Origin: Kudoa neothunni
Lineage: Eukaryota; Animalia; Cnidaria
Direction of reading: 5' to 3'
Assembly (NCBI GenBank): GCA_964304625.1
Contig: OZ199838.1
Location: forward strand, 3,080,147 to 3,144,146
DNA length: 64,000 nucleotides
A model generated the notes under the pieces. That model did not search any database. It saw nothing but the letters and a program-made list of their open reading frames with translations, and was not told the DNA's origin. This document shows, piece after piece, positions 14,100 through 27,493 of this stretch (positions are counted from its first letter, which is position 1; each line of letters begins with the position of its first letter). The position numbers were made by a program, and so were the translations under genes.

Positions 14100-15034
14100 G
14101 TATATTAATTTTAATTCATTATGCGATATTCACGGTAATCGTAAAAAGTGTCTTTTTTAAGCGTTAAATTGTAAGAGTCCCCACAATATTACCCATCCTG
14201 ATAGAATCATCTTCGTTAATCGAAGATATCCTATTCCTCGGTGATATTTTATATTTGATATCATCCCAAATTCCGTCGATGTTGTTTGTAATGAGTCCCT
14301 GTGGTACTATTCACATATTCTACACTGTGATTTACAATGAGGTGAGTTTAGAAATTATGTAGCGTTCCATAACTTTTGAAGCAATCGGTTATAATAATCG
14401 AGACAGGGTGAACGTATGTTTTAATTTTTTTGGATAAGACCCTCGACGGTTCTGGCAGAAACCTCCACCAAAGGTGTCTTTCGTTCTTATGTCCTTTCTA
14501 CACCTTCAAGAACCCACGCTTCATTAACGCCATGCCCTCTGTTATGCTTCATCATGCCAAATTTGGACTCCTCAAACTCTACAATTATGTTTTCTCCTTC
14601 AATAACTATGTCCTCAAAGTCTAAACTGTCTGCCACCAGCTAGCGAAGATATTGACAATAATTGGTAATTGTTTGAGAAGAGTGTCCGGTAATATGATAA
14701 CTCCAGAAAATCATGAATTTTAATTTTCATATTACTGAAAAATGTAGCCTCAAAAATGGATGTTTCTTTCTGCATATTTTGGATCGACATCACCAATTTT
14801 TTCGATGTATAGAATGGCTAGTTCCATGATATTTATACAGTTATTTGGTGCTTTGAAGATACCAATATTGATAAGATAACGGATAGAGTTATCCTCATTG
14901 CAAAAAATATTATCAAACGATCTCCTTAGGGAAATAATTCGCTCAGTTCTAGTGATAATCGGTAGATAACCCTTTAATAATATACTTTGTCGGCTTAATC
15001 TATCTAATGCTGTAATATTATAAGTGCGACACAT
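14100..15034 (-). mobile_element. Merlin (IS1595/ISXO2-like) transposase pseudogene
   Basis: Minus-strand fragments IEGENIIVEFEESKFGMMKHNRGHGVNEAWVLEGVER, TDCFKSY and VNHSVEYVNSTTGTH..NNIDGIW match the Merlin DDE motifs. Stops and frameshifts are present. Confidence 0.85.
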
Positions 15035-15384
15035 CCACGAACATATAATTAATAATCAGTAAAAAGAGAAAATTTAACGGAGATTTTAAATTAAATGTGA
15101 TCTGGATTTGCTATATCTTAATATTTTACTTCGGCATTTCCTTAAAAACAAGATATCGTGGAAAAACTTTTAAGTTCCATTAATGTCATAATTAATTTAC
15201 CAGACCGATTTGAGCTAGATGACAAAAAATTGGTTTAGATTAATTTTTTTAATAACCTGAATAATTATTATCCAGTCGAAGTTTTGTTGTCTGACAATGA
15301 ATGAATCATTATATACATAAATGAGTAAAATTCGGGTCAATTGTATTCCGAGCCATCAACTGGTAAGTCATTTAATTGTCAGCC

Positions 15385-18300
15385 ATGAAAATAGCTGGAT
15401 TTCTCCACCTTGTTTTATGTATATTCATGAGTTAATTTTAATGCTAATGTAAGTTTAGGTGTTTCAATATTAAGCATAGTCATTGCTAATGGAAATACAA
15501 GTCCTCAAGCTGCAGCTGCAGCTCCAACGAAAACGCTGAAATACCAGATTGTGAAAGGTTCAGGTAATACCCCAGACCAAATTAAAATCAACCTTGAAGG
15601 CTCTGAATATGGGAATGGCCAAAAGTGTCATATAATGCGATCTAACGAGGCAGAAATTGCAGCTAGTTCAGGAACAATAGCTGCGTTTGCAGAAATCGAT
15701 ACTTGCGCTGCTAATGTTAACGAGGATGGTGCTGATGTTAATGGTAAATGTGTCGTCAACTGCGACACTATTTCGAATACTATTAATTACAAACAGCTGT
15801 CACCGAGAACCAAATACATATACGTTTACGTTGGCACTAATATAGCTACTGTTAGAGTGGCAGTTCAAGGAGCAGCGTCAAAAGTGTTCGGATATTCTAT
15901 ACGTAAATAAGTTTAATTTAACATTAAAATAAATTGAACATAGCATTATTGGCTAATCCACAAATTAGCGTGTCTACGCCTACATCCGGTGACAACAAAG
16001 ATAAACTGAAATTGGGAGCAATAACATGTGTACGTGTAGCGTGTCCAATTTATTACAAGGATATCAAATATGTAGAAGGTACCAAGGGAGAAGATTGTAA
16101 TGCTGAAAATACAAATAATGTAGTTGATTTTGATTTATTGTTACCGCATTATGAGGTGAGATGCGAAAATTATCCCAGTTTCTTTTACAATATGCCCAAT
16201 CAATATATGAAGAAAAGCATAGACATTTATAAGCCTCAGTTTTATATTGTTACAAAAAATGAAGACAAAGTGGGAATTAAATTCGCTAATTCACCATCAT
16301 CTGAAATATGCCTATTCAGTCTTAAAAATGGTCAGGGTGCAACAACCGACGAATCGTATACGTCTGTTTGTGGTGTGGTACTGGTAAAAGGTGTTATGCT
16401 CCTTGTAAGTATGTCGAACTCAATGGCATTACGGGTGGAAAAATTTACGATATTTTGATCCAAACCAGACATCACGACATAAAAGCTAGGGGTAGTAGTT
16501 TGGATGGTTACAAACAAACCAAACTGGGTAACCCTTATATTAACGCGCATTTCTTATTGTTTTCAATAGCCATTCCTGAATCTGAAGAAGGTTTGCTTTC
16601 GGCTTATACCAATGTTGGTGTGACGTTTAATGGTCCACAATTCAAAAAAGCCTCTGCATCAATGACTGCGTGTACTCTTAAACCCTACTTGGCAGACAAA
16701 ATCAAAACAACAAATCCATCAGAGGCAACCTGCAGCGGAGAGAGCATTGGTACTGATGGTAAATGCAAAACTGATTGTTCCATGAAATTGGTGATCAATG
16801 GACTTGCAGCAGGAAAAGCTTACATGATTGAAATTACACCTGGGGGCATTACTGATCCAAATGGTGTCAAAGAATATATATTCATAAGAACAGGTAAATC
16901 AATGTATTTGTTTTATAAAATAACGAATTATATAGCAAAGGGAACCGACAAAAATTATGGAACTACCGCACCAACAAAGACAGACACGACAGTCTCTCTT
17001 ACAGCTATACCTACTACTACAACTGCAGCTGATCAAAAGAAAAATGATCCTACCTGTGAGTATTTGGTGAGTCCGGCTGGATTGGACAGCTTTTACCCCG
17101 CAAAATGCAACGGCAACACCCCTTGTAGAGGAATTTGCAGTGAACAAATTACGATAGAAGACCTTGAGCCGAACAAACCTTATGACATCAGGGTGATCGC
17201 ACATAAGGACTACGATATAAAAGATTACAAAGATATACGAACAAGTTATTGAAGTTATAATTTACCCTTTGAATTTTTAATAGCATTAACAACATTAACG
17301 ATAACACACAAGATCACGTTGGATGGTTTGTCATTGAGGGCCCGATTAAATTCTGTGGATCCAAGTGCGATATGCAGTTATATCGTACAAAAGAAGAATG
17401 GTAACGATTACACAGACTATTACACATGTCCAGAGGTGCCGAAAGTAACAACACCTGTTTCCACCCAAGTAGCACCAGCACCAGCACCCGCCCCGGCTGT
17501 TCCTTCCATGTTAAGTTCTGCAGATCTCAACATAGCTAGAATTGCCATACCGACGGCAGCAGATGATGGTCCAATGTCAGAAGCGAACTCTTCAGTCGCA
17601 GATACTTCAGATACACAGCTTGTTGATGCCGCTAACAGCGCAAACACATGCTCATCAAATCCCCTTTGCAGTTCCATAGCATTTCCCGAGTATGAAGCAG
17701 CAAATACATACAAAATTTTAGTCACAGCTATCGGAAAATCTTTACCAAAAGAGCTTATCATAGAATCAAGTACTATAATGAATGCTTCAATGAATGACAC
17801 TATTAAGAATTCCTTAAACTAAACTTATATTAGGTACACCAAAAGTAAACCCAACTGACTCCTCAAAATTGATATCAGTCGTCATCACGCGTGATGGGAA
17901 CAGTTTTATTGTAACCACCACACTTCCAGCCGGTATGAACGATAAATCAAGATGCAAATGGGAGTTACGTAACAGTAGCGTCAAGTCTAATGCGGTAGTA
18001 AAATCTTGCATGGGAAGAAGCGTCGACGGATGTAGTGCTTTCAAGACCTGTAAAGAATTCAAAATAAATGATTTGCCTGATGGAAATAACTATTATTTGA
18101 CTGTTTACAGTTCTAGAGATGATACGATTTTTGGCGGTGCTGACATACAACAAGGTATATTATTTGTTCACAATGTAATTTAATGTTATATATCGTAGGA
18201 GCAAAGAGTAGTTCAGGGTGAGCTTAGTAATATTTTTTTATTTAATTTAATATTTTTTAGCGGAAAAACCAAACTTATGTATACATTTTTAAATGTTGAT

Positions 18301-18397
18301 ATTTGAATTAACCGTTTTTAGAATCATTATTGCATGCGTTGCTGTGGTTATGGTCGCAGCGATAGTTGGAATCGTCGTGCTGAAGAAAAGAGATTAA
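15385..18397 (+). CDS. Type I membrane protein with about 6-7 Cys-containing fibronectin-III-like repeats (lineage-specific surface protein)
   Basis: Signal peptide MKIAGFLHLVLCVSILSIVIA. Repeated C..C..C..C followed by I/L-x-x-L-x-P/A-x-x-x-Y-x-I/L-x-V motifs. Repeats are separated by phase-1 introns. TM helix IIIIACVAVVMVAAIVGIVVL followed by KKRD and stop. One apparent frameshift at about 16374. Confidence 0.75.
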
Positions 18398-20097
18398 ATT
18401 AATTTTCGTTAATTATAGTTTACTAGCGCTTTTGCCCAACTTTTTTTGGCATTATGTGATGGAAAATTTTAACTTTTAGTTTTATTTTTGAATGGAAAAA
18501 TTTGATGGAAGAGTTAATCTAATTAGCACGTTAAACCCTGTAAATTTTCTTTTTCTTTTTTAATCGTTGCATTTTAAAGCTTGTCATTATTTTTGCAATG
18601 TGATGATTTAGAAAAACAAAATTATGCGCCCACTTTCTATTCAAATATAAATAGAGGTATTGAAGGAAATTAATGAGTATTTTTAACTTTATTTTACAAT
18701 TTGTGGACCAAAAATATAATGACCTTTATTTTATGAGCAATTTAATTAATGATTAAAGTTTATTTATTCATTGAACAAAATTATTTAGTAAATTAAATAG
18801 GACTTTCAGTTCTTTAAAAATTTTGAGATACAAATTAATCCTTCTAGTTATAAAATTTACTATTAGTCTACAGATGATAAAAAAAATTAAAATATTAATT
18901 GTTACTCGTTTTTTCCAATTTTATAAAGGATGTTAATGAGGTTTTAATAAGCTGTGAGTGGTAACTTACGTATTCAATATTTTAACATAATTTCCCTATT
19001 TTTAAATAAATGAAACCCTTTTTTAACAATAATATTAACTGGTTAAAAAATATACAAATTTAATTAACAAGATTCGATTAAATCTAAAATGTAAAGGTGT
19101 TTTGTGGTTGAAAAATTACAATAATGCTTAAATATCAACTGGTTTTCTCGAAGGAGTGCATCCTTTTAAAATAAATATGCTGTTTGATTGCCCAAAAAAA
19201 AATTTCTTTGTGTTGAACTATTCTTAGATTAACGAAGACTTCGTGGAAACATCAATTAAATCGAATAGACCAATAATTTCTTATTAACTTACATGGCACG
19301 TATTGAGAGGGACTGTACTTTGTGCGAAAGTAGTCGTGAATATAAATTCTTAAACTACGTATAGAATAGGATGTCGTATATTTTCTTGCAGCTTTTATAT
19401 CATAATGAATTATTTTTAGTGAAAAGAAAATTATATATTGATTTGAATATTAATCTTAAGGTATGGGATAGGGGATAATTAGGTTAATAAGAACTTAAAC
19501 ATTATTTAAAAAATTGTCTCATCAAATATAGAAACTCATCGAATTAGTCATGCCAGCTGTTTCGCAAGAAAGTTTAGGAAAACCAAAAAATGAGTAAAAA
19601 CTTACCGAAATGACGAATGTAGTTTCAATCTCAATCGATATATTTGATAAAAAGAAAAAAAATTTAATTATCTGAAAACTCTACACACATCCTACATCGT
19701 TTTTAGAATGATTACAGAGACCCAAATTATTCCAACGTGGCAACAACTTGTTATCTCAAATTGTGCTTTATTTAAAACAGGGATGGGCAATTATATTTTG
19801 AAATGGGCCGGATTATAGTAAAGTCAGTATGCTTGATCAAATGGATCCATAAGATACTATTTCTAGTACTTCAATATTAAAATAAGGTAGATTGACATAA
19901 GTCAAATGTAAAAAATCGCTTGAATATTAATTTTTTAAGCATAAAAAAATTTACATTATAAAATTGGGGAAAAATAAATAATAATCAATGAGATAAATTG
20001 ATCGAAAAAACACAAGCTATTGAGTTTAAAAAACCTAACGAATCAAAATCAATATTTCTACAGGAGTGTTAACTAACATCTAGAAAAAGGGATTAGA

Positions 20098-22026
20098 TCA
20101 TTTATGTTTTTCTTTATATTTCTTCAAGAGTGCTCTTTTAACTTTCTTTGGCATTTTGTTTTTTCTTTTCTCTCTATTAGCCTCCTTTACAGCTATTTTA
20201 TTCTCTTTTCTGCGTTCGCGTCGGTCCTCAGCAGTTTCTTTTACTTTTGGAAGTCTGTCATCATCCAGATCCGAAAAACTATCAGAGGACGTTGATTCAT
20301 CTAATAATAATAATAATATTAATAAAAATAATGAGCAAGAAAAATAGAAGGATTTCAAAAATAAAATAAAATACCATCAGTTGTATCGCCTGGGTTGTCT
20401 TCAAGCGAAAGCTTATTGAGAAATGTTTCAAGAATTCCAGTTGCCTCCGCATAGGGCATATCGTTAGGAGTTCTGTTGATAGCCGCTAAAATATCATCTT
20501 CATAGTTTTCCACCTAGTGAAATAATCAGACACAATGCTAGGATAGATCCAACAATACATCATGCAAATTTCTTTCAATGTACGTATTTTTTAAACACAT
20601 AATCGTTGTGAAAGGTTTCCACAGAGTCATTCTCGTTATCGCTGTTAATTCTATCCATAAGCTGGCCAACAATCTCTTCACATCTCTACAAAATATACAC
20701 ATTAGTTGTCATCCAACAAATAACCACAAATTTTTATACGAATGGGTCAATAGAATCATCTGTTATTATGCTGAATAATGTTTTCAATGAGGGCAAATTC
20801 ATCCCACGTCGACTTAGATACACCAAAAAATTTTTGATATCTTCTTTTAGAAAATCAAAGGCGCTTGGGCCAGTGTTTTCAACCGACTATATTAGTCAAA
20901 TTAAGTCATACATTTGATAAGATTGATTTCGATGGTATGTTACTTGGGAAACGTCAATTACATAAAGAGTTGGGGTAATTGAAGTTTCAACGTCGTCCTC
21001 TGGCGATGATTCATTTAATTCAACCATGAGATTGTATTCGCTAAAGTCACCATGAACCAGCTTACAATCGTAGTACATTTTCTTCAGAATATTTATTCCC
21101 TGCATAAATATTGAGGGAAGCATAGACTCGGGTGGTGCAGCCGCTTTCAACGTAGGAAACGGAATACCGTCTTTGCCTAAAGAGACATGTAGATGAGGAA
21201 AAATAATGCGAATTGGTAGAGTGAAAATATCAGTTGGTTGTAATATTCCTACCCAAGAAAGTCATAACGACAACAGTGTCACGAATTTTGAGTGGTCTTG
21301 GCGCATTTATCTCAGCTCTTTCAAGCCGAATCAAGTTTCGCATTTCTTTCTCAGCCCATTTTCGAACCATCCTTCTAGTATTTCGTCCGACATTCCAATA
21401 TTTAAGTCTTAAATCTCCTTCAAGATATCTTCTTCGGTCTCTATTTGCAATAGTAGAGCATTAGAATTAAGCGGGTAGCCTATCACTGGAGGTGGTTACT
21501 TATAATCCAATATGGAAGATTTATAGATTTTAATGGCTAAGTCTTGGTACACATTTCCACCAACTGCGTAATAAACATTGGCTTCTTTCCCAGTACTAAC
21601 ACAACCATGGATAGATTTAAAAAATCCACTATTCCGTAAACGAAAAAGCAAAAGCGCCACTCGTTTATCAATAACCTACAATAAACGAAAAATATATTAC
21701 AAAAATTAATATTGTTAATATTAATTTAATAATAAGCATAAATGAATCATTAATAATGAATAATTAAAGTCGAAAAGTTAATCACCCAATTAAGGATTAA
21801 AAGTCCAAAAATAAAATATTTGGGCACAATGGAATAATTTTTATTTATTTAATGAGTTGATAATCACTTTTTCCGCAACAGCCACATCACATTTGTCTCG
21901 GCTTCTATTATAACTTGTTTTTGGGTGCGAACTTGGCATTATTTCATCTTCTGACGAGGTGACGTCAATTTGTTCATCATTATCAATGTTTTCAGTCGGA
22001 ATTTTATCTATACTCGAAGTATCCAT
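20098..22026 (-). CDS. RIOK1: RIO kinase 1
   Basis: CVSTGKEANVYYA P-loop, AIKIYKSSIL, WAEKEMRNL, LVHGDFSEYNL and IDVSQSVE motifs, plus a Lys-rich tail REKRKNKMPKKVK. Confidence 0.95.
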
Positions 22027-22167
22027 GGGCGTAGATTTTTTATCCGGGCATGCGCACAGTGAATAAATGAACTTGTTTTCTTTGTCACCCTGGTTTACGA
22101 ATAGAGATCAAATAAATTAATAGTTTTCTATTGGATCTCTGTTGGGAAAATTCATTGATTGATTTGT

Positions 22168-23217
22168 GGCTAAAGTTTACTTTAGATCAATTTAATCCGG
22201 ATTAATTTTCGTATACAAACCAAGAAAATTGGCATAAGGGGGATTAAAGTTTATAAATTTGATTTTCTGCAAACATTTAATCGCTAATTTTTTAATTATA
22301 TATTTAAAAGGTAGTTAGGCGTCAAATGAGGTCTTTTAATTCGAATACAGCAAAATTTTTATTTGTGAGCCCCCAGGGTGGCTTCAATACGATTCGTCTT
22401 TTCAATGTCTCTGCTCACAAATTCTTGGCTACGGTTTACAACAAAATGCAAATATTCATTTTTATCCAGCCTTCTGTATCCATACAGACAATCTGACCAA
22501 ATAATGGAACTTCGTTCAACTCAACAGATTATAATACCTGTAAATGTCTCCTCATTTCACATTGTGGCGGTCTCCCTAAATACATTTCCACGTCCCAAGA
22601 TCCCACCAACAATTAAATAATCTTGATTAGACAAAATCATCCCAACATAATATTTCCTCCTGCAAAGGTAAAGTAAGAATTTGTCTATCTGTGTAACTAC
22701 TCTAATTCCTCAGATTTGGAATTTTTTAAACATGATTGGAATGGACACACCGAATTAAACATTTCTATTCGACAATGGTTTTTGATGAGAGTTCTTTCTC
22801 ACTGAAAATAAACTTTTGTGAGGATACATCGTGCGAATACAAGAATATGACCTTTAAAATTTTTTATACCTTCAGATGACCTCGTTAAAAGAAACTACCA
22901 ATTCTAACAAATTTTTGTTTTTAACATTTTGAGCAATAATATTTGTGTCCAACACTTAGCTGACTTTTTGAAAAAGACAAGTCCATTACAACAATGTGGG
23001 TTACTGACCAGAAGCCCCAACTTTCTCATTACTTTTCTTAAATAATGATCATCGTATTTTAATAAATCTACTTAATGGAATTTTATTGTTTCAGCGTCAA
23101 TAAACTCGGTAGATGGAACAGAAATATACAACTTAAATATCCCTTTTTATAAAAGGATTAAACAGCGCCCCTACGAAGATTAATCCGGATTAAATTGATC
23201 TAAAATAAACTTTAGCC
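22168..23217 (-). mobile_element. TIR DNA transposon relic with degenerate THAP-like remnants (Harbinger/ISL2EU-like)
   Basis: 46-bp terminal inverted repeats (GGCTAAAGTTTACTTTAGATCAATTTAATCCGGATTAAT...) with 2 mismatches. Faint minus-strand THAP-like pieces (PHCC, SIPIMF). No clear TSD, so the superfamily is tentative. Confidence 0.7.
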
Positions 23218-25211
23218 TTGATTCGTTTGAATTAAATTGTTTATAAACTTAGCTGTTTGGTTTGTTAAAGTGCTAAACTTTATTGAGTCCTTATTTAAAG
23301 TATTTTTTGGTTTGATAATTTTCAAAATTAATCCATATGGAAAATATTGTGTAAAAAATGGAAATGTATCTTATATTGTATTTCATTAAAATTTTTACTA
23401 AAAAAATGAGTTCATTTATAATGTTAGATTTTATCATAATAATTTAATTATAGGGAATCCCCATATTCGTGAGGAATTCATTGCTTGATGTAATGCGAAC
23501 AATGAAACACCATATAAATCAATTTGTGACATTCAGTTAACATTTTTTCTCTTATTTTACAATAATAATTAAATTGACCTGTCGAGCGCTTTTGGGGTCA
23601 ATTTTGGGGCGATCGGAAGGTTAATGTGGCACGATTACATAATTTCTTAGTAAACATTGTCACACATTATTAGAAAATGTGAACTTTATTTCGAAATTTA
23701 TCTCAAACTATGAAGTAATTAACAATGAACATATTGATCTATTCTAGACATTAAGTATGAGTGAGTATTCGCGCCAAAAAATTTCAATAATACGACGATA
23801 ACTTTAAATTAAATATCTGAAGACGTAATTATAATTATAGAATCGGAACTGGATTAAAAATTTTAGTAGGTACGATTTTATCTTTTTGTTGTACTTTAAA
23901 CTAACGTTTTTTCGACTTTGGGTTTTTCTTAAACTCCTCCGGCAGTCCTGGTTATAAGCCAAATGAAATTGATAAATGAGAAACGATGCGTCCTAAATAC
24001 TAACTTATTACGTGATTGCATATGATAATAAACCAATTATAAATCACGTCATTTAAAATGATAGATCCAGAGAAATTTATTTAGGATGAATGAAACCAAT
24101 CTTTATGAAATATTTCGTTAATCTGTATCCGATGCTCAATTTTGATCCTTAACTGAAATTAATCCGTTTGTTGAACCTTGAATATCTCATAATTTTACCA
24201 CTTATGACTTGGCCGCTGAGATTACTATATATTTATTGGGTCTGTTCTCTTAAGGATAAGAAGTTTTTGAGAAAATGTGAAAAATTTTAATTTTGTAATT
24301 ATTATGAAAAAAGATATTTTAGCAATACGAATTATAAAGTCGAGGGATGTTGAATATTTAGCCACGTTAACATGCGGTGACACAATTTTCATCAACCTAG
24401 ATGTAAAGTATCTTAGAGGGGTGAAAAATTTCGAATTCTGGTAAAAACGTATTTTGAAAAGTATGGTTTTGTTTAGATGAGATAATAAGAATGGTGGGTT
24501 AAAATTGTTTGAATAATAATTAGGAAGGATGTAATCCATAATTAGTTGTATTTGGGGGAAATTATTGCAGTCGATTTAAAGTAACTTTTTGAAAAATGAT
24601 TTAATCATTAAATCTAAAAATAATTTTCAAAATTAAAATATTACAAAACATCTATTCAATAAAATATACCTATATATGTACCACATCTCGTTAATCTCTA
24701 ACAATTTATAGTATTAACATAAAATAGGTTAAAAGAACTTAATATTTTACTATTAGATTCATATTTGTAATAAAAAATACAATTAACACGCATTGAATAT
24801 TATTGTTAGTGGATTTGAACCATAATGAAAGGGTATCTTTGGAGGCTTTCAAATAAGCCTAAAAAAGATACCTTTCCGCCTATGTAGGTACTAACTATTT
24901 GTTATTCTATTTAACAACTAGCGAAACTATATCAGCTAAAAGTTTTACTGTCTGTATCTAGAGAATCCAAGGGAATTTTTAAATATTGTATAATATTTTT
25001 ACTTGGATTAGCCCCAGAATAAAGTATTAAAGTTCATTTTAGTTTTAAGCGTTCATCGAAAAATGAGGAGGCTGGTCGGAAACACATAACACAAAATTAA
25101 TATCATCATTACGAATGTAAAATGATATCAAACAAAGTATTTTACTATATCATCCATTTAACACTAATCTTCTTATGCGATATAACTAATTGATTGTTAG
25201 TTGGCAGAAAA

Positions 25212-25751
25212 ATGATATCGAGATTGGTGATCATTTCTTTGGCATTATATTGTATGAATTCTAGTTGCCTGGAGCTTGAGCCTTGTCCTCAAGGTAATGC
25301 ATATGGACAATATTCACCTGTTACTGATTTTTTTAGTAAAATATGCCTCGGTTGTGGGAAATGCTACTATAGATGATTGTAACAAGGAACCTTGTCCTGC
25401 ACCCATAGGCAACACTATTACAGGGCGCTTAAATTTCACTCCCATTGAAAATCTTGACATTGTAAAACTCTGGTTATATGCGGATGTTTTTGGAATAAAC
25501 GTCACAGTGTCAGAAGGGGTGAATATGTGTGATAATAGTTACGGTGTAAAGTGTCCATTAGAGGCACACAAGAATGCTTCATTAGACTATCAAATCGAAG
25601 TGCCATTCTACGCATGGCCATACGTTAGTTACATCTATGTTTGGAGGGAGTTTTGATGATATTCTAGATTAATGTGGATGTTATCTTGATGGTAAAGGAT
25701 GACAACTTTAACATTTTCGGATGCTGGAAATGCAGCATGATTACTGAATGA
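25212..25751 (+). CDS. NPC2: NPC2 / MD-2-related lipid-recognition (ML) domain protein
   Basis: Signal peptide followed by the ML-domain Cys pattern (EPCP..DDCNKEPCP..NFTP..MCD..GVKCPL..GCW). Three exons. Confidence 0.85.
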
Positions 25752-27493
25752 TTGCTCAATATACATTTCACATTAAACAATTCATCAAAAACACAGCAAA
25801 ACATTATTTCATGGGTTACCTATAAATAAAGAAGAAAATTTAGCATTGTGTATTTTATTGACTCAAGCGCAGATATGATAATAAAGATTTAAACTTGAGA
25901 GCAAAAACAAACTATCATTTAGAATAGGGCTACTCGATTGAGAGTCCGAGATTCATATTCTGAGTTAACTGAAAAATTGTGCGGCCGGAAATGTTTCATA
26001 CGTAATGTATTAATTCTACGAAATAGGAATCTCTCCCTAAAGTATATTATGTGCGATTAGTGTGCAATCGAAGTTGATACAAGTTTGGTAAACCATAATC
26101 AATGATGAATTTTATTGAAAATTAATCTACGGTTTCCATGTACTATTTTCTGATAATGAGTATACACAACAAAAAAGATAATTTATATTTTTATTCAAAA
26201 ATAAATAATCTCATTAATATCTTAAAATGTCACACAACAATTCTAAGATATTGACCTTTAAACGTAGAGAATAACAAAAATTATAAAATGTTTTAACGTG
26301 TTGAATTCTTAAAAATATTTATCGATAACTTTTTAAGCAAACTCTAAGGTAAGCAATAATTAAACTTTAATAAGCATCAAACTTAAGTTCTTCAAGTTTT
26401 CTGTAAAATTATTTCGAATTTTTATTCTCCAAGTTACACCTAATTTGAATAAAAAAATTTAATAAACTAAAACTTTTTATCCTAGATTGGATCGTAGGTT
26501 TATTTTTTTCGTTGAACTTCTAAATTTGTAATTAAATCAAAAATCCCTATAAAATCAACATCTGCGCATGCGCAGATGTCACATTTGATATTTAATACTT
26601 AACTATTAAATATTTAATTAATGAATGAATAATGTTTTATAATGTCTTTTTCTAATGAATAACCTCGTTTCGAAAAATATTTACCCAGGCAAGATAAGAA
26701 AAAGTCGAAACTTTAATTTATTATCAGTTGTAATTGTTTTATTTACAATTGTTATCTCGTTAATATAGACCTCTTTTTCGTATCTTTTTAATATAAATAT
26801 TTTCTCATCCAAAAAGCTCTGTTTTACAGTTTATTTATTTGAGAAAGGATGCGGAAACTAAAATGAATTAGGAAGTGCTGCTCTAATACATGTGAGGACA
26901 ATTCTGCATCCCTCCAAAAAAAAAGATTTAAAAATGGATTTATTTTTAGGCTGGAGAAATATTTTTACTAAACTTACATTAAGAAGAAAACAGGCGCGCA
27001 CAAATAAATACAAATGATAATAGATTATACGTTTTCACTTTGTTTCTTGTCTTCTTGGACAATAAATAAGTTATAATAAGGTTGTTTATCGATTAAAGAT
27101 CAACTTAAATCATAATTTTCGGATGCACTAGATATACTAATATTTTATTGAAAAAATATTACATGCAAATAATGGCACTTGCGCCATATTATGGATTTTG
27201 TAGCTTTTTCGTTGATCCTAAATTTAAAAATTAAATAAGGAAAATAAACATGTGACCCCATCTAGAATGAAAAGTTTTAATTTATATAATTTTTGAGTGC
27301 AAAATGATTCTAATTTGAAGTATCAAAATTTAAAATAATTTATCAACAAGAATTATAAGCAATCCTTCAAAATGAAAATTAATTTAATTGTTATTTAACA
27401 AAATTATTAATAAAAAAAATGTGGACAATTAGGAGATAATTGGCGCATATAAAAATAATCGTCCAATCGAAAAAAACAAACTATATTAAAAAA

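Noticed and set aside
16332-18153. Antisense ORFs over the FN3-like gene (similar ones lie over RIOK1 and PRDM13)
   Set aside because: Shadow ORFs from the higher GC content of the real exons, with no recognisable motifs.
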